From: a virus
Length of the DNA stretch: 64,000 nt
IMG/VR virus record: IMGVR_UViG_3300034101_003081
Coordinates: 33,386-97,385 of that record
Reading direction: 5' to 3' (one strand)
Shown one piece after another: positions 8,571 to 19,000 of this stretch. The position numbers and the translations under genes were made by a program. Position 1 is the first letter of the stretch. Each line of letters opens with the position of its first letter. Below the pieces are notes generated by a model, which saw only the letters and a list, made by a program, of their open reading frames with translations, was not told where the DNA came from and did not search any database.

Positions 8571-9437
8571 ATGACTCTCAGCAAGTTCTTCGATGACTTC
8601 TACAGGCCTCTCAAGTTGCGAGGCCGTTCAGAAAACACGACAAGGCTCTACGCCAATACGCTGAAGCAGTTCGGCAAGTACCTCGGCCGGGCCGCCACGA
8701 TCGAAGACGATCTCAATGACCTCGCAATCTCGCGATACCTCTCGCATCGAGCGAGAGAGCGAAGCGTGTTCACAGCGGAGAAGGAGCGGTCGCAGTTGCT
8801 GGCCCTCTGGAGGTGTGCGGCGGATCGGCGGCTCATCGACATGCGGCCGTGCGTGCCTCCGACACCGATCCCGATTCGCGTGCCAACGGCCTGGAGCATC
8901 GACCAACTCAAGGCCCTGCTCGCGACGGCCAAAGTGATGAAGGGCAAAGTCGGCGACGTACCGGCGCACGTCTGGTGGACGGCGCTCATTCAAGTTCTCT
9001 GGCAGAGCGCAGAGAGAATTGGCGCGATCATGTCCGTGATGAAAGAGGACTACACGCGGCCTATCGTTCTCGTCCGCGCAGAGTGCCGCAAGGGAGGCAA
9101 GCGGGACAAACTCTACACGTTCACTGACCCCGTCTGCGACCTGCTCGACGTCTTGAAGAAGTCTGGCAACGGCCCGCAACTCTTTGCGTGGCCGAGAGGA
9201 TACGAATACCTGTGGAACAGGTTTGGCAAGATCGTCAAGGCAGCGGGACTCGAAGGCGGGCGTCGCAGCAAGTTTCATCAACTGCGGCGAAGTGCGGCGA
9301 CGCACTTCGCTGCCCGTGGTGGCGATCCGACTGCCCTGCTAGATCACAGTTCGCCTCGCGTCACGAAGGCGTACCTCGATCCGCGATTTATCGACACGGG
9401 GCCGAAGCCGTGCGAAGTCTTGCCTGGACTTGACTAG
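8571..9437 (+). CDS. int: Tyrosine recombinase/integrase
   Basis: Catalytic set ERIG (R), K in RKGGK, FHQLRR (HxxR), LDHSS (H), TKAY (Y). N-terminal SAM-like domain (RSENTTRLY). AAGGAG RBS. Confidence 0.9.
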   Translation: MTLSKFFDDFYRPLKLRGRSENTTRLYANTLKQFGKYLGRAATIEDDLNDLAISRYLSHRARERSVFTAEKERSQLLALWRCAADRRLIDMRPCVPPTPIPIRVPTAWSIDQLKALLATAKVMKGKVGDVPAHVWWTALIQVLWQSAERIGAIMSVMKEDYTRPIVLVRAECRKGGKRDKLYTFTDPVCDLLDVLKKSGNGPQLFAWPRGYEYLWNRFGKIVKAAGLEGGRRSKFHQLRRSAATHFAARGGDPTALLDHSSPRVTKAYLDPRFIDTGPKPCEVLPGLD

Positions 9438-9652
9438 CCAAGAGGCGGCTCTGGAATGGCGTGCCAGTGCGTCGGCGGAATCAATTCAGCGACGTCGTCA
9501 TCTGACTCCCAGTACTTGCCGCCGTTGTCTTCCATCAGCCTGGCAATCGTCACGACGCTGCCGCTCCAGACAAGCACGGCGTCGCCGAGTTGCGGCAATT
9601 TCTCTTCGCAGGGAAACCATCCAAGCATGGGCTCCTCCTTGCTTTTGGGCAT
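9434..9652 (-). CDS. DUF551-like phage protein
   Basis: WFPCEEKLP...PTHWHAIPEPP. Confidence 0.65.
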   Translation of the reverse strand: MPKSKEEPMLGWFPCEEKLPQLGDAVLVWSGSVVTIARLMEDNGGKYWESDDDVAELIPPTHWHAIPEPPLG

Positions 9653-9653
9653 C

Positions 9654-9989
9654 CTACAGGATGGCTACAGGAGACGCCAAATAGACGACTTCCAGGCCCA
9701 GATGCGTCGCGAGAGCCCACTCGACCCTGGCCCCGCCAGACTTCTCCCAGCCTGGCAGCATGGCGATCGCATCTGCGTCGCACAGTGCAGAAAGGTCGCG
9801 ACGCAGTGCGTCTCTCAGGAAGGCCTTCGAGACGACCGTCGTCGCCGGATCGAACCCAACGTCGCGATCGAGTTGGGCTGGATTGATGACGTCGTGCCCG
9901 AGCAGCCTCAGTTTCGCCTCGGCTTCGTCGAACGCCGGGAAGTTAAACAGCGGCAGGCCTGTCATGGGGCCGGCGAGATAGATTTTCAT
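9654..9989 (-). CDS. DUF4406 / nucleoside deoxyribosyltransferase-like protein
   Basis: MKIYLAGPMTG..FNFPAF...VINPA...CDADAI.MLPGWEKSGGARVE. Confidence 0.85.
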   Translation of the reverse strand: MKIYLAGPMTGLPLFNFPAFDEAEAKLRLLGHDVINPAQLDRDVGFDPATTVVSKAFLRDALRRDLSALCDADAIAMLPGWEKSGGARVEWALATHLGLEVVYLASPVAIL

Positions 9990-10606
9990 GCGTTGTCTCC
10001 GATTGTGTAGTGCTTCGGAGACTTGTTCGCATGCAAGGCTCGCAGTCGTTCGACGTGCGGCGTGAGCCGCTTGACGATCTCCGCGTGGCCGCCACTTACC
10101 TGGCGGTCGTCCTTGAGTTTTCCGGCCGCCTCGGCGTCCACGAGGATTGCGAGACATGCGAGGGCCGAAGACAAGTGCGGAACCCCCTCCTCGTCGCACT
10201 CGCGACCCTCGAACCACGCGGCGAGATGCCGCTGGCAGGCGTCCACGTAGATCGACGCACGCACGCCGACGACCCGCCAGTTAGAACGGCCGTACTTGAG
10301 AGCGCCGTTGAGCAGGGCAATGCAGCCCATGGCAGTGGCCGTCGTCGGCCAGAGATGCAGCGGCAGTTTGCCGGTGCCCACGAGGTCTTTCGGATTCTCG
10401 TCGAAAGCCCCAGGAAGCGGCGTCGCGCCGTCCATGTTGGCGGCACTGCGGACGTCGGCTTCGAGGTCTCCGTCATCGTCGTCGGCGAGAATCGACTCGC
10501 TGTGAGCCCTGGATGCGTTTCTCGCCTCGACGATCTCGCGAATAACTCGATTGGAGTCGTCGATGCTCTCGACGTGCCCGCCGTCGACTGCCGTCACCGT
10601 TGCCAT
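9986..10606 (-). CDS. dATP/dGTP diphosphohydrolase-domain protein (DUF5664-like)
   Basis: NPKD..G..KLPL.L.P...GALKYGRSNWR...RHLAAW.EG...D.E.G.PHL. Confidence 0.8.
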   Translation of the reverse strand: MATVTAVDGGHVESIDDSNRVIREIVEARNASRAHSESILADDDDGDLEADVRSAANMDGATPLPGAFDENPKDLVGTGKLPLHLWPTTATAMGCIALLNGALKYGRSNWRVVGVRASIYVDACQRHLAAWFEGRECDEEGVPHLSSALACLAILVDAEAAGKLKDDRQVSGGHAEIVKRLTPHVERLRALHANKSPKHYTIGDNA

Positions 10607-10647
10607 GCCTGGCCTCCTGTGTCCTGGGGCCAGTGAGCGTATCCAGA

Positions 10648-10947
10648 CTAAGGCCGGCGGCAAGCAGATTTTCCAGGGTCGAGCCTGTACCCCAGCGAGT
10701 ACAGAATCTTGGCGATGTCGCTCGCGGCTTGCGTGACGGCTTCCTCGCTCACGACGAACGTACCCATGCTGGCGTGCAAGCCCTCGTGAATCTCGCACTC
10801 TAGTCTTGAGCGGTGCTTGAGACTTGAGTTGATCAAGACTTTGCGCTTTGCGGGCTCTGTCCAGCCGTCGGCGTCGCCTTTGAGCGGCGAGTATCTCCAG
10901 AGCCAGCGGTGGCCTTCGGGGCCTAGTTGGAAGCGATGGTCTTCCAC
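10648..10947 (-). CDS. Small zincin-like (HExxH) protein
   Basis: EIHEGLHA followed by SEE. GTG start with AGGAGA RBS. Confidence 0.6.
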   Translation of the reverse strand: MEDHRFQLGPEGHRWLWRYSPLKGDADGWTEPAKRKVLINSSLKHRSRLECEIHEGLHASMGTFVVSEEAVTQAASDIAKILYSLGYRLDPGKSACRRP

Positions 10948-11177
10948 AGCCTTCTCCTGACGAAGCGCAGCCGGGCCCGCCAGGTCATCTTTGCTGGGCC
11001 GCCGAGATACATGATTATCCGATATTGAACCCGATTCCCCCAAGCGTCGAGCGATGCCATTCTTTGGCCGCAGCCGCAATTTTTTGCTCCGAACAGCCTG
11101 GCGATGCGGGTCTCTGATATGCCGCAGGCGGCCAAAGCCCTGCCGAGGACAGTTCCGATCGGGACGGGGCGGATCAT
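10923..11177 (-). CDS. Hypothetical protein (CGC motif)
   Basis: 84 aa, ATGA-coupled to the upstream giant gene. Confidence 0.5.
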   Translation of the reverse strand: MIRPVPIGTVLGRALAACGISETRIARLFGAKNCGCGQRMASLDAWGNRVQYRIIMYLGGPAKMTWRARLRFVRRRLWKTIASN

Positions 11178-14100
11178 TGAGTCGTGTCCCGAACGGCGAG
11201 GGTGACTGACGGCTGGGACTGTGGCGCCGAGAATCTGTCGTGCGTAGCCCAGCCGTGCATCTCATTAGACCACTTCGGCCGAATCACGCTGACGCTGACT
11301 GGGCTCAGGCATTTACCAAATACTTGAACGGCCACACCAGGCGGGAGCCTCTTCAGGTTGGCTGGGTGCCTGTCGCCTTGCACGAACGTCGGGTGGGAGT
11401 GCGACGCATCAAGCGTTGCTTCAGTCACGAAGCCGTCGTCGAAGAACAGTTCAACGCGAGTAAAGGGCTTGTTTGGGTCAGGCTCTAAGTTCTCGTCCGC
11501 TCCGTAAGAACTCCTAGTAACCCCGAAAGGCGGAATTGACGTCAAAGCAATGCGGCGACTTTTCTCCCCAGCCGGCAACTCGAAGTATTCGTGTGTTGCA
11601 TTTTCGATGCGGACATACTGGCTTTTATTTCCGTCGTAAAAGTCTGCGTAGTCTTTATCTGTTTCGACGAACGACACGGCTGGCGGAGACGTGTAGCCAG
11701 AGCCAGGCGACGTCACGGTGACAGAGACAACCTTTCTGCGGAGAGTGGTTTGCTCTTCGTATCCCATTACGGCGACAGCCGTCGCGCCGCTGCCGCCTCC
11801 GCCATGCAAGACCACGGTCGGCGTCGACGTGTATCCGCCGCCCTGAGACGACACTGATACCGACGTGACTGCGCCGTTGACTACAGTCGACGACGCTGAC
11901 GCTGGAGTGATGAGAGGTCTGCCTCCGGAGACGACCGCTCTCGCAAGAGAGCCATATCCGGCACCGCCGGAGCCGACTAAGGCAGAGCCATATCCGTCGC
12001 TGCCGACAGCCACAGACAGCGACGCGCCGCTGCCGACGTCGCACTCGACTTTCACGGTGGGCGGAACCGAGAACTTGTAGGCAGACACGGGTTGAGATAG
12101 GCCAAGATTAATCCCATCAAAAAACGCGCCAGTTATAGTCCCGCCGGACAGGAACTGAAACACCAACTCGCGAGCGCCTTCTGGAAGAAAGCCTTCGCCG
12201 CGCGCCTGGTAGAGTCGCGTGGTTAAGTCTCCGATCTGGTCTCCAAGTTCGGCTCGCGAAGATTCGAGCAGCGAATTGAGTTCCTGCATGGACTTGGCCC
12301 ACGAGTTGATAGACACCGGCTGCGGAGGCACGCCTGTCTTTTTGCCTACAGCATCAACTCGGAGCGACGTTGAAGAGCGAATGACATGCGTATTCCAGAA
12401 AGAAACGAGTGGCTTTTGCCGAAACCATGTTGGCACTTCAATTGGAGGAACGCCGGGAGGGGAAGTAAGCGAATCAATCGGGCCGCCTGGAGTGTCAAAC
12501 ACATTGACGTTCGCGATTCGCTGCTTGAGGTCCGCAAAGCGGGCCAGGTCCGGAGCGTAAAGCATCCCAGATAGGTGGCCGCCGTAAGGGTCGAACACGA
12601 CTTGATCGACTCGCCCCTCTGCGTGGTGAATCCAGTACCGAGACTGAATCATGTCGCCGTCTCTGAAATACGGAATGTTGTTGCCCCAAGTCTGCCCTGG
12701 TGGAATGCGAGGATACCAAAGGCCTAGCGGTGGCATGCCTGTGAGCGGGTCGTATGGCCCTACAAGTGCCGGATCAAGCCGATAGGCATATCCAGAGCCG
12801 CCGCTTTCGATAGACAGAGATGTGTTTCCCTGTATTCGGGCCTGCGCTGCTGCCCTGTAGGGCTTGACTGACTCGGAAAACTCTTCTTCCGTGATCTCGC
12901 CGGCTGAGAGTTGCTCTTGAAGAGACTGGATAGCCTCGTTGCCTCCTCCTGAAAACGTGATATCAGGAGGAGTCGAATACCCGGAGCCGCCGCTGGTGAC
13001 ATTGCAGTAGATGACAGAGCCGTTGATTTTGCACGTCGCCGCCGCGCCCGATCCGACGGCTGCCGTCGTGGCCGTCGCTGCAGCGCCGGTCCCGCCTCCG
13101 CCTTGGAAGAAGACCTGCGGCGGCCTGTAGTACCCAGAGCCGCGACTTGTGATCTTCATGTCCTCAACAGGGCCCGCAATGAAGGCCGTCGCAGACGCGC
13201 CGCCGCCAGGTTTGCCGGGATGGACGTCGAAACGGACTGCTGGCGCGTGTTGATATCCTCCGCCTTGCGACCCGACGGACACAGCAGAAACGGCGCCGGT
13301 GGTTGGGTCAATCGCCGCAGTAGCAGTGGCCGGAGACGGAGGCCCGATAAAAGCCGTGGCGGACGCGCCTGTGCCGCCGCCGCCGGTGAGGAAAACAGTC
13401 GGCGGCAATGTGTATCCAGAGCCTCTCCCCGAGATCGTGACGCCAAGCACTTCTCCTGTGAACTGGTCTATCGTTGCGGAGGCCGATGCCCCGCTGCCCC
13501 CGCCGCCTGCAAACGAAACGGCTGGAGCAGACGTGTACCCGAACCCAGGAGTGTCAAGTTTGATGTACACGACAGAGCCATTTCCGGCTTTGTGGCCTCC
13601 AGAAAAAAAGACCTTCGGCGGTTCGCTGTAGTTGGCGCCGCCAAAGTCCGTGCGAACGCTCACGACCTTCCCGTCAATCGTGCAGGTTGCGGCCGCGCCA
13701 CTGCCGCTGCCGCCGGTAATCAAGACCGAAGGAGGCAGTGAGTAGCCGCTGCCTCCGGAGCCTAATTCAAGCGATTCAATGTCTGGAACCGGCTCGAACG
13801 TCACGGACGGCGCTGCCCTGTACCTCCCCCCCTCGGAGACAGAAACAGCCGTCACCTTGCCGTCCACGATTCGCGACTCCGCAACAGCGGAGATGCCTGG
13901 CTGCGAAAAGACTACCTTTGGAGCGACGCGGTATCCTGATCCGCCCTGCGTGACGGCTACGGATTCGACTGGACCGGCGATCGCGGCCTGGCAGGAAGCA
14001 CCTCCTGAAATACTAACCGTCGGGACCGTCCTGTACCCAGACCCCTTGTTCGTGATTCCGACACTGACAACTGCTCCATCGAGCGATGCCTCGGCAACCG

Positions 14101-17100
14101 CGACGCCGTCGGGCTGCTCGCTGAACTTCAGAATTGCCGGTTCTGTGTACCGCTCTCCGGCGTTTTCGATCTTCAGTTCGACGTCACCCTTGGACACTGG
14201 AGGGCCAAACGTAGGATGCCCAAGCAGCCAGAGCGACTGATCTTGCTCACGAACTCCGCAGGCTCCTCCAATTCGTAACTGCTCTATCTGCTGCGACTCT
14301 GGAAAACGCGGCGGCGGGATGTCCAGATGCCCCGCGCTCTCGAAACCGTAAAACAATCCGCCGGCTTCCTGCCTTGCGAAACCAGCCTGCGTAATCTCTG
14401 CCCACGGCTCTGCCCCGCCGATTTTGGCCGGCCCAACCCCGCCGTGGCGGAGTTGGCTTGGAACAAGTTCGTACACAGCGCCGCTGCCGGCGGTGTCCAC
14501 AACCTCAAGGGTGCCGTACGAAAGCGGAAACACCTCTCTTGTGTATCCTTTCTTCGTCTGCACGAGGCCCTCGGTGACGTCCGTGCTTGGAGGAATAGGC
14601 GGAACATGCCCAGCAGTCCACGAGTGAAGATTGAACCCGCCATACGCAGTATCGTTGTGCGGGTAGAAAGTGTGGGGGACGACCGAGCCGCACCATGTGT
14701 CGAATCCTCGGAGGCTAGCAAGCGGTTCATTGGGGCTGTCAGGGACGCCGACTAGGTAATTTGCCCCCCACGGGCCGCCAAGCCCTTCCCAGGCCGGAGC
14801 CGCAAACTCGCCCGATGAATGCACAGATGTCTGCACCGAAACAGACTGCAAGGTTGGGTGGTTATTGAAGCCAGTGCCAGCGCAGTCTATTTTTGTATAA
14901 GTTTCCGTTCTTTCGATTATCCGCCAAGCAAACTTTTGGCCTGAGTACCTGAGTTTCGCCTGTCGCGTGTACCCCGAGCCTCCGCTCTTGAGAACAAAGA
15001 CTCCGCTTGTGCCTTGCGGGCCGTCGAAATGATCGCCGGGAGCCTCGATGATATTAAGAGTCTTTGTATAAGCGGGAATCGCAGGAGTCCTCGCGATTGC
15101 TGCGAAAGGCCAAGAAGCCGATGAAACCTTCTGGTAAGTAAGCGAGTAGTCGCCGCTGGTAGCGGCTGTGTTGCGATTCTTGTTTGGCAAGCGACTTCCA
15201 TGCACGGCGGCTGTAGCGTTGAGGTGCCACGCCACGCCGGCTGCGTCAATCGCCATCGCCCGAGAGCCGACGGCGACAACCTGCTCGCACGAGTCTGGGC
15301 CAACGAGACTTGCGGAGGCAGACAAGACAGGCTCCCCGCGGGGCTCAAAGTAGACCTCCGGCAACTCTATGTATCCGCACCCGCCGGTTACGGAGATTTC
15401 GTAGTCTCCTTCGTATTTGATATTGGCGAAATAGTCTCCGGAAAACTCTCTGAAGCCAGCGCCATCGGATGAAACTGCGGAACTCCCCCGAGACTTCTCC
15501 TGACGATTGCAGGAAGCCACCGCCGCATGGATTCCCTCGTACGCCGGTGGAGAAATGAAGATTCTTTCTGGCGAGACTGGGCATGAGTCGTCCCCCATCG
15601 CGGGCGTCGCCGTTATGTAGACCCGCTTGCCGACTGGGCTAGGCTTTAATATTGCATCCGAAAGGCCAGGAACGCTTCCCCACCAATAAACCCGCCCGTC
15701 AGACTTTATTGCAAGTGAGTATCCGCCTTGACCGGCCGCAACAGACTTCCATGTGTCAGTTCCGACTTGTCGCCATCGCTGCCTGAAAGATTCGATCTTC
15801 ACGATTGGCTCGGAAGAGTATCCGTACCCGCCATCAGTTAAAACTGGCTGCTGGATAACTCCCTCCGGAGAGGCTGTCGCCGTTCCGGCTGCGTCTGCTC
15901 CGGAGTGCGAGAGGAATTGAAGGTTGTACATTACGGATTCGATTGGCGGGCCATCCCACCCAGAAGCCGGCACTCGGCCTGCTACCCACTTCTTGATATG
16001 CGGAGCAACTTGACCAGAGATCGTCACTTGCGGAGCGGGGGTGCCGGGCGGCGGATTCTCTCGAATGCCGACCTTTCGCTGGACAGCGTAAAGGCCTCCA
16101 TCGACAATCTTTGCCTCAACTTCGGCGTCACTTTCCGAAAACGAAACAGACGCTGACGTCCAATAATTGCCAAAGATACCAATCCCACCAATGCCCACAG
16201 CCTGCTTAACAACACTTGGGTTCGGCGACTGAGCAGGAAAAGGCGGAAACGCCTGCTCCCACGGAGCGCATGTTGGAAACACGTTCCCCGTCGCAGCGAT
16301 GTATGTGTACGGAGGGCTGTCTGTAGGCTGAACTGTCCCCGTGACAACAATCCACGGCCTGCACGGCCATCCGTCCGAATTGGACGTGACAGTGACAGTC
16401 CCGCTTTCGTCTGCGGCGATTGTCTCTGATCGCCCTCCAACAACGAGAGAGACTTGATACTCGCCTGCTGGATAGTATCCAAGCACAGTTCCGCTTTTGA
16501 CTCTCCCGAAAGTCTGCTTCGGAAACGCAACCTGGCTCGCATTTGGCCCAAGAGTAAGCGACTGGACTGGGCCGGGCTCAATTTTGCACACAAACGCTGC
16601 TGCGTTTGATGGAACGCCGAGGCCTATGCCGTCCAAATAGGACAGCGTAGGCGAGTCTTGAAACTCGTCGCTTGGGTCTCTAGAGAACACGACAAATGGC
16701 GAACGCCTAAGTTCACCGTCACTTGTCGAGTGCGAAAACCTGGCAGTCGTGTAGCCGTTTCCAGGCGACTTGATTACAACCGACTCGACAACGCCTTCTG
16801 ACTTCGCCGCTGCCTCGGCGCCGCTGCCTCCCCCCCCCGAGAAGACAATCTTTGGCTTCTCTTTGTAGCCGTCATAGCGGGCAGGGCTTGCCGACGAGTT
16901 CACCGTCACCGAGTGAACGTAGCCATTCCCAAAGGTCGCGGTGGCCGTCGCGCCGGAGCCTGGCCCGGAAAAAGTTATCGGGTAGCCCGATCCTCCTTGG
17001 CCGCCGTACAGGCCTGGGGTGCCTACTGTGACTTCGAGGACGTGATTCAAGACAAGGCTGGCAGTGGCCGACGCCCCGCTCCCGCCTCCGCCGGTAAAAC

Positions 17101-18634
17101 GAATCTGCGCCGACTCGGCGTCGACTTTTAGCCCAGGCTCAACCTGAACGGACGAAACAAAGCCGTTGGTAAGGATCGCAGTGAGGCCAGCCAGCGGCCT
17201 TCCGTTTACCGTAACAGTTGGCGGAAAAGAGTATCCGCCCCCTGGGTGCGTCACGGAAATGCCCTGGATGATCGAGCCCATCCTTGATACCGTTGCCGTT
17301 GCCTGCGAGCCGTACCCAGACCCAGGAGTAATCACGCTCGGCCTTGTCGTGTACCCAGAACCTCCGTTGGTGACATTTATCGCCACGATCCCGTACCGCA
17401 TGTTTGCAGTAAGGACGGCGTTCCCGCTGCCGACGGAGTCGAGCGACACAGTGCTTGCTTCCGCAGTCGCTCCAGAGCCGCCGTTAGTTGGCTCGAAAGA
17501 CACAGAGGGGGGGTCTTTGTAGCCTTCCCCGCCTCGCGTGACAGAAACAGTCTGAACCTGATCGCCTTCGAGCGTAACAAATCCAGTTGCGGTCGCTCCT
17601 CCTGAAGTGCGGAAAATAAGCGGATACGACCCAGGCATCGTCCGGGCCAATGAGGAGGCCGGGGTAACGCCAACAACGGCTCCGGAAGGAGAAAGGACAG
17701 AATAACCAACATGGCCTTCGCGGCCATCTGGCATTATGTACCGGACATCCGATGCGTACGAGTAGCCTGAACCGCCGTTTGTGATGGTCACCGAGGCCAC
17801 CTTGCAGTACATTTCCGTAACAGTCGCAGTGGCCTCGCTTGTGTTCAGTCCGGAAAACACAACACGAGGAGGGGACTTGTAACCAGACCCTCGCTCGCGG
17901 ACGACAACTGCGGAGACGGCGAGATTTCTCTCGGCCGGTCCAAGCGAGAGGCCGTCCTCTTCGAGTGTGACTCTCGGAGGAGACGAGTACCCGCTTCCGC
18001 CGTTCGTGACCTCAACGGAAGTGATCGAGTAGTTCATCACTGCTTCCGCGACGGCCGGCTCTACAACTGAGTCCTCTGTCCAGTTTCGATCGTTAGGCCA
18101 TTGGTTCGACTGCCTGGACATTTGCTTGACGATGGCCGTGGGCCTTTCTGAGTACTTGCCTCTCAGGCCAGTCGGCTCCGCTGATGCGATCGGCCGGGAC
18201 AGGATGGCGCGAATGGTTTCAGCCCTGTCGTCGAGGTATGGCGGTTCAGTGAGCCCGACGGCAGCACTCCCCCTACCCCACAGTGTTCCGTCTTCACGAA
18301 TTGCGATCTCATGCCCAGACGACGCCGAAACGTCTTCCCACTTGTGTTCTCCACCGACAAGAGTCGGACTGGAGCCAACCTGCCCACCCCACTCCCACAG
18401 GCTACCGTCAGAAAGTATTCCGAACCCGCGACCTCCGTCAGCAGACACCGCGACTTTCAGCCAATCGCCTTGCTTTTCAATTGTCGGAGGTGCGGTGCCA
18501 ACGAGCGGGAAGTCAGGCCTGGACGAGCCCTCGACCCCCAACTGACCAGAGTCGTTCTGCCCCCAGCCATAAACTTTCGGGAAGCAGCAGAAGAGTTTCT
18601 TGAAGCACTCGAATCCGAAGTTCATCACGAACAC
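11174..18634 (-). CDS. Giant repeat-rich virion/tail protein with RCC1-like blades
   Basis: More than 20 GxGY..xPxV...GGGGSGAxAxA repeats. RCC1-like segments WGQNDSGQLG, AIREDGTLWGRG and AIKSDGRVYWWG. Lies at the end of the tail module. Confidence 0.75.
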   Translation of the reverse strand: MFVMNFGFECFKKLFCCFPKVYGWGQNDSGQLGVEGSSRPDFPLVGTAPPTIEKQGDWLKVAVSADGGRGFGILSDGSLWEWGGQVGSSPTLVGGEHKWEDVSASSGHEIAIREDGTLWGRGSAAVGLTEPPYLDDRAETIRAILSRPIASAEPTGLRGKYSERPTAIVKQMSRQSNQWPNDRNWTEDSVVEPAVAEAVMNYSITSVEVTNGGSGYSSPPRVTLEEDGLSLGPAERNLAVSAVVVRERGSGYKSPPRVVFSGLNTSEATATVTEMYCKVASVTITNGGSGYSYASDVRYIMPDGREGHVGYSVLSPSGAVVGVTPASSLARTMPGSYPLIFRTSGGATATGFVTLEGDQVQTVSVTRGGEGYKDPPSVSFEPTNGGSGATAEASTVSLDSVGSGNAVLTANMRYGIVAINVTNGGSGYTTRPSVITPGSGYGSQATATVSRMGSIIQGISVTHPGGGYSFPPTVTVNGRPLAGLTAILTNGFVSSVQVEPGLKVDAESAQIRFTGGGGSGASATASLVLNHVLEVTVGTPGLYGGQGGSGYPITFSGPGSGATATATFGNGYVHSVTVNSSASPARYDGYKEKPKIVFSGGGGSGAEAAAKSEGVVESVVIKSPGNGYTTARFSHSTSDGELRRSPFVVFSRDPSDEFQDSPTLSYLDGIGLGVPSNAAAFVCKIEPGPVQSLTLGPNASQVAFPKQTFGRVKSGTVLGYYPAGEYQVSLVVGGRSETIAADESGTVTVTSNSDGWPCRPWIVVTGTVQPTDSPPYTYIAATGNVFPTCAPWEQAFPPFPAQSPNPSVVKQAVGIGGIGIFGNYWTSASVSFSESDAEVEAKIVDGGLYAVQRKVGIRENPPPGTPAPQVTISGQVAPHIKKWVAGRVPASGWDGPPIESVMYNLQFLSHSGADAAGTATASPEGVIQQPVLTDGGYGYSSEPIVKIESFRQRWRQVGTDTWKSVAAGQGGYSLAIKSDGRVYWWGSVPGLSDAILKPSPVGKRVYITATPAMGDDSCPVSPERIFISPPAYEGIHAAVASCNRQEKSRGSSAVSSDGAGFREFSGDYFANIKYEGDYEISVTGGCGYIELPEVYFEPRGEPVLSASASLVGPDSCEQVVAVGSRAMAIDAAGVAWHLNATAAVHGSRLPNKNRNTAATSGDYSLTYQKVSSASWPFAAIARTPAIPAYTKTLNIIEAPGDHFDGPQGTSGVFVLKSGGSGYTRQAKLRYSGQKFAWRIIERTETYTKIDCAGTGFNNHPTLQSVSVQTSVHSSGEFAAPAWEGLGGPWGANYLVGVPDSPNEPLASLRGFDTWCGSVVPHTFYPHNDTAYGGFNLHSWTAGHVPPIPPSTDVTEGLVQTKKGYTREVFPLSYGTLEVVDTAGSGAVYELVPSQLRHGGVGPAKIGGAEPWAEITQAGFARQEAGGLFYGFESAGHLDIPPPRFPESQQIEQLRIGGACGVREQDQSLWLLGHPTFGPPVSKGDVELKIENAGERYTEPAILKFSEQPDGVAVAEASLDGAVVSVGITNKGSGYRTVPTVSISGGASCQAAIAGPVESVAVTQGGSGYRVAPKVVFSQPGISAVAESRIVDGKVTAVSVSEGGRYRAAPSVTFEPVPDIESLELGSGGSGYSLPPSVLITGGSGSGAAATCTIDGKVVSVRTDFGGANYSEPPKVFFSGGHKAGNGSVVYIKLDTPGFGYTSAPAVSFAGGGGSGASASATIDQFTGEVLGVTISGRGSGYTLPPTVFLTGGGGTGASATAFIGPPSPATATAAIDPTTGAVSAVSVGSQGGGYQHAPAVRFDVHPGKPGGGASATAFIAGPVEDMKITSRGSGYYRPPQVFFQGGGGTGAAATATTAAVGSGAAATCKINGSVIYCNVTSGGSGYSTPPDITFSGGGNEAIQSLQEQLSAGEITEEEFSESVKPYRAAAQARIQGNTSLSIESGGSGYAYRLDPALVGPYDPLTGMPPLGLWYPRIPPGQTWGNNIPYFRDGDMIQSRYWIHHAEGRVDQVVFDPYGGHLSGMLYAPDLARFADLKQRIANVNVFDTPGGPIDSLTSPPGVPPIEVPTWFRQKPLVSFWNTHVIRSSTSLRVDAVGKKTGVPPQPVSINSWAKSMQELNSLLESSRAELGDQIGDLTTRLYQARGEGFLPEGARELVFQFLSGGTITGAFFDGINLGLSQPVSAYKFSVPPTVKVECDVGSGASLSVAVGSDGYGSALVGSGGAGYGSLARAVVSGGRPLITPASASSTVVNGAVTSVSVSSQGGGYTSTPTVVLHGGGGSGATAVAVMGYEEQTTLRRKVVSVTVTSPGSGYTSPPAVSFVETDKDYADFYDGNKSQYVRIENATHEYFELPAGEKSRRIALTSIPPFGVTRSSYGADENLEPDPNKPFTRVELFFDDGFVTEATLDASHSHPTFVQGDRHPANLKRLPPGVAVQVFGKCLSPVSVSVIRPKWSNEMHGWATHDRFSAPQSQPSVTLAVRDTTQ

Positions 18635-18996
18635 TCAGCAGCAACAAGAATCCACGTTGTGCCCTCAAGGGCAACCGCGCAGCGACGTGTTTGTCCAGAA
18701 GGCGGCGCCGCAATGTGCGAAAAGATGTTGCTCGCAATCGCCGTAGCCGCCGTGTCCCTAATAAAAGTGATCGTCTTGAGCGTGTCCTTGCTCCATGAGC
18801 CAGTAAACCTGGCTGTTGCAAAAGAGCCGCCGCCGCCGACAGCGCGAGGTAATGAACTCGGATTACGGTCTCTCCTTGCGGTCTCGACCGTATGGACAAC
18901 GCTGGCGATCCGCTGGGCGTCTCGCTGCCGAAACTGAACAGGCTGCTCGCCTTTGTTTGCGGAGGCCTTCTTCTTGAATTGGCTGATATTCAACAT
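18625..18996 (-). CDS. Minor tail protein, hypothetical
   Basis: Position in the tail module; ends in WILVAAEC. Confidence 0.55.
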   Translation of the reverse strand: MLNISQFKKKASANKGEQPVQFRQRDAQRIASVVHTVETARRDRNPSSLPRAVGGGGSFATARFTGSWSKDTLKTITFIRDTAATAIASNIFSHIAAPPSGQTRRCAVALEGTTWILVAAECS

Positions 18997-19000
18997 GGAA

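Noticed and set aside
9654-10606. A 2-aminoadenine (Z-base) or other DNA modification pathway
   Set aside because: Only generic nucleotide hydrolase-like genes are seen; no PurZ, polymerase or modification enzymes occur in this window.
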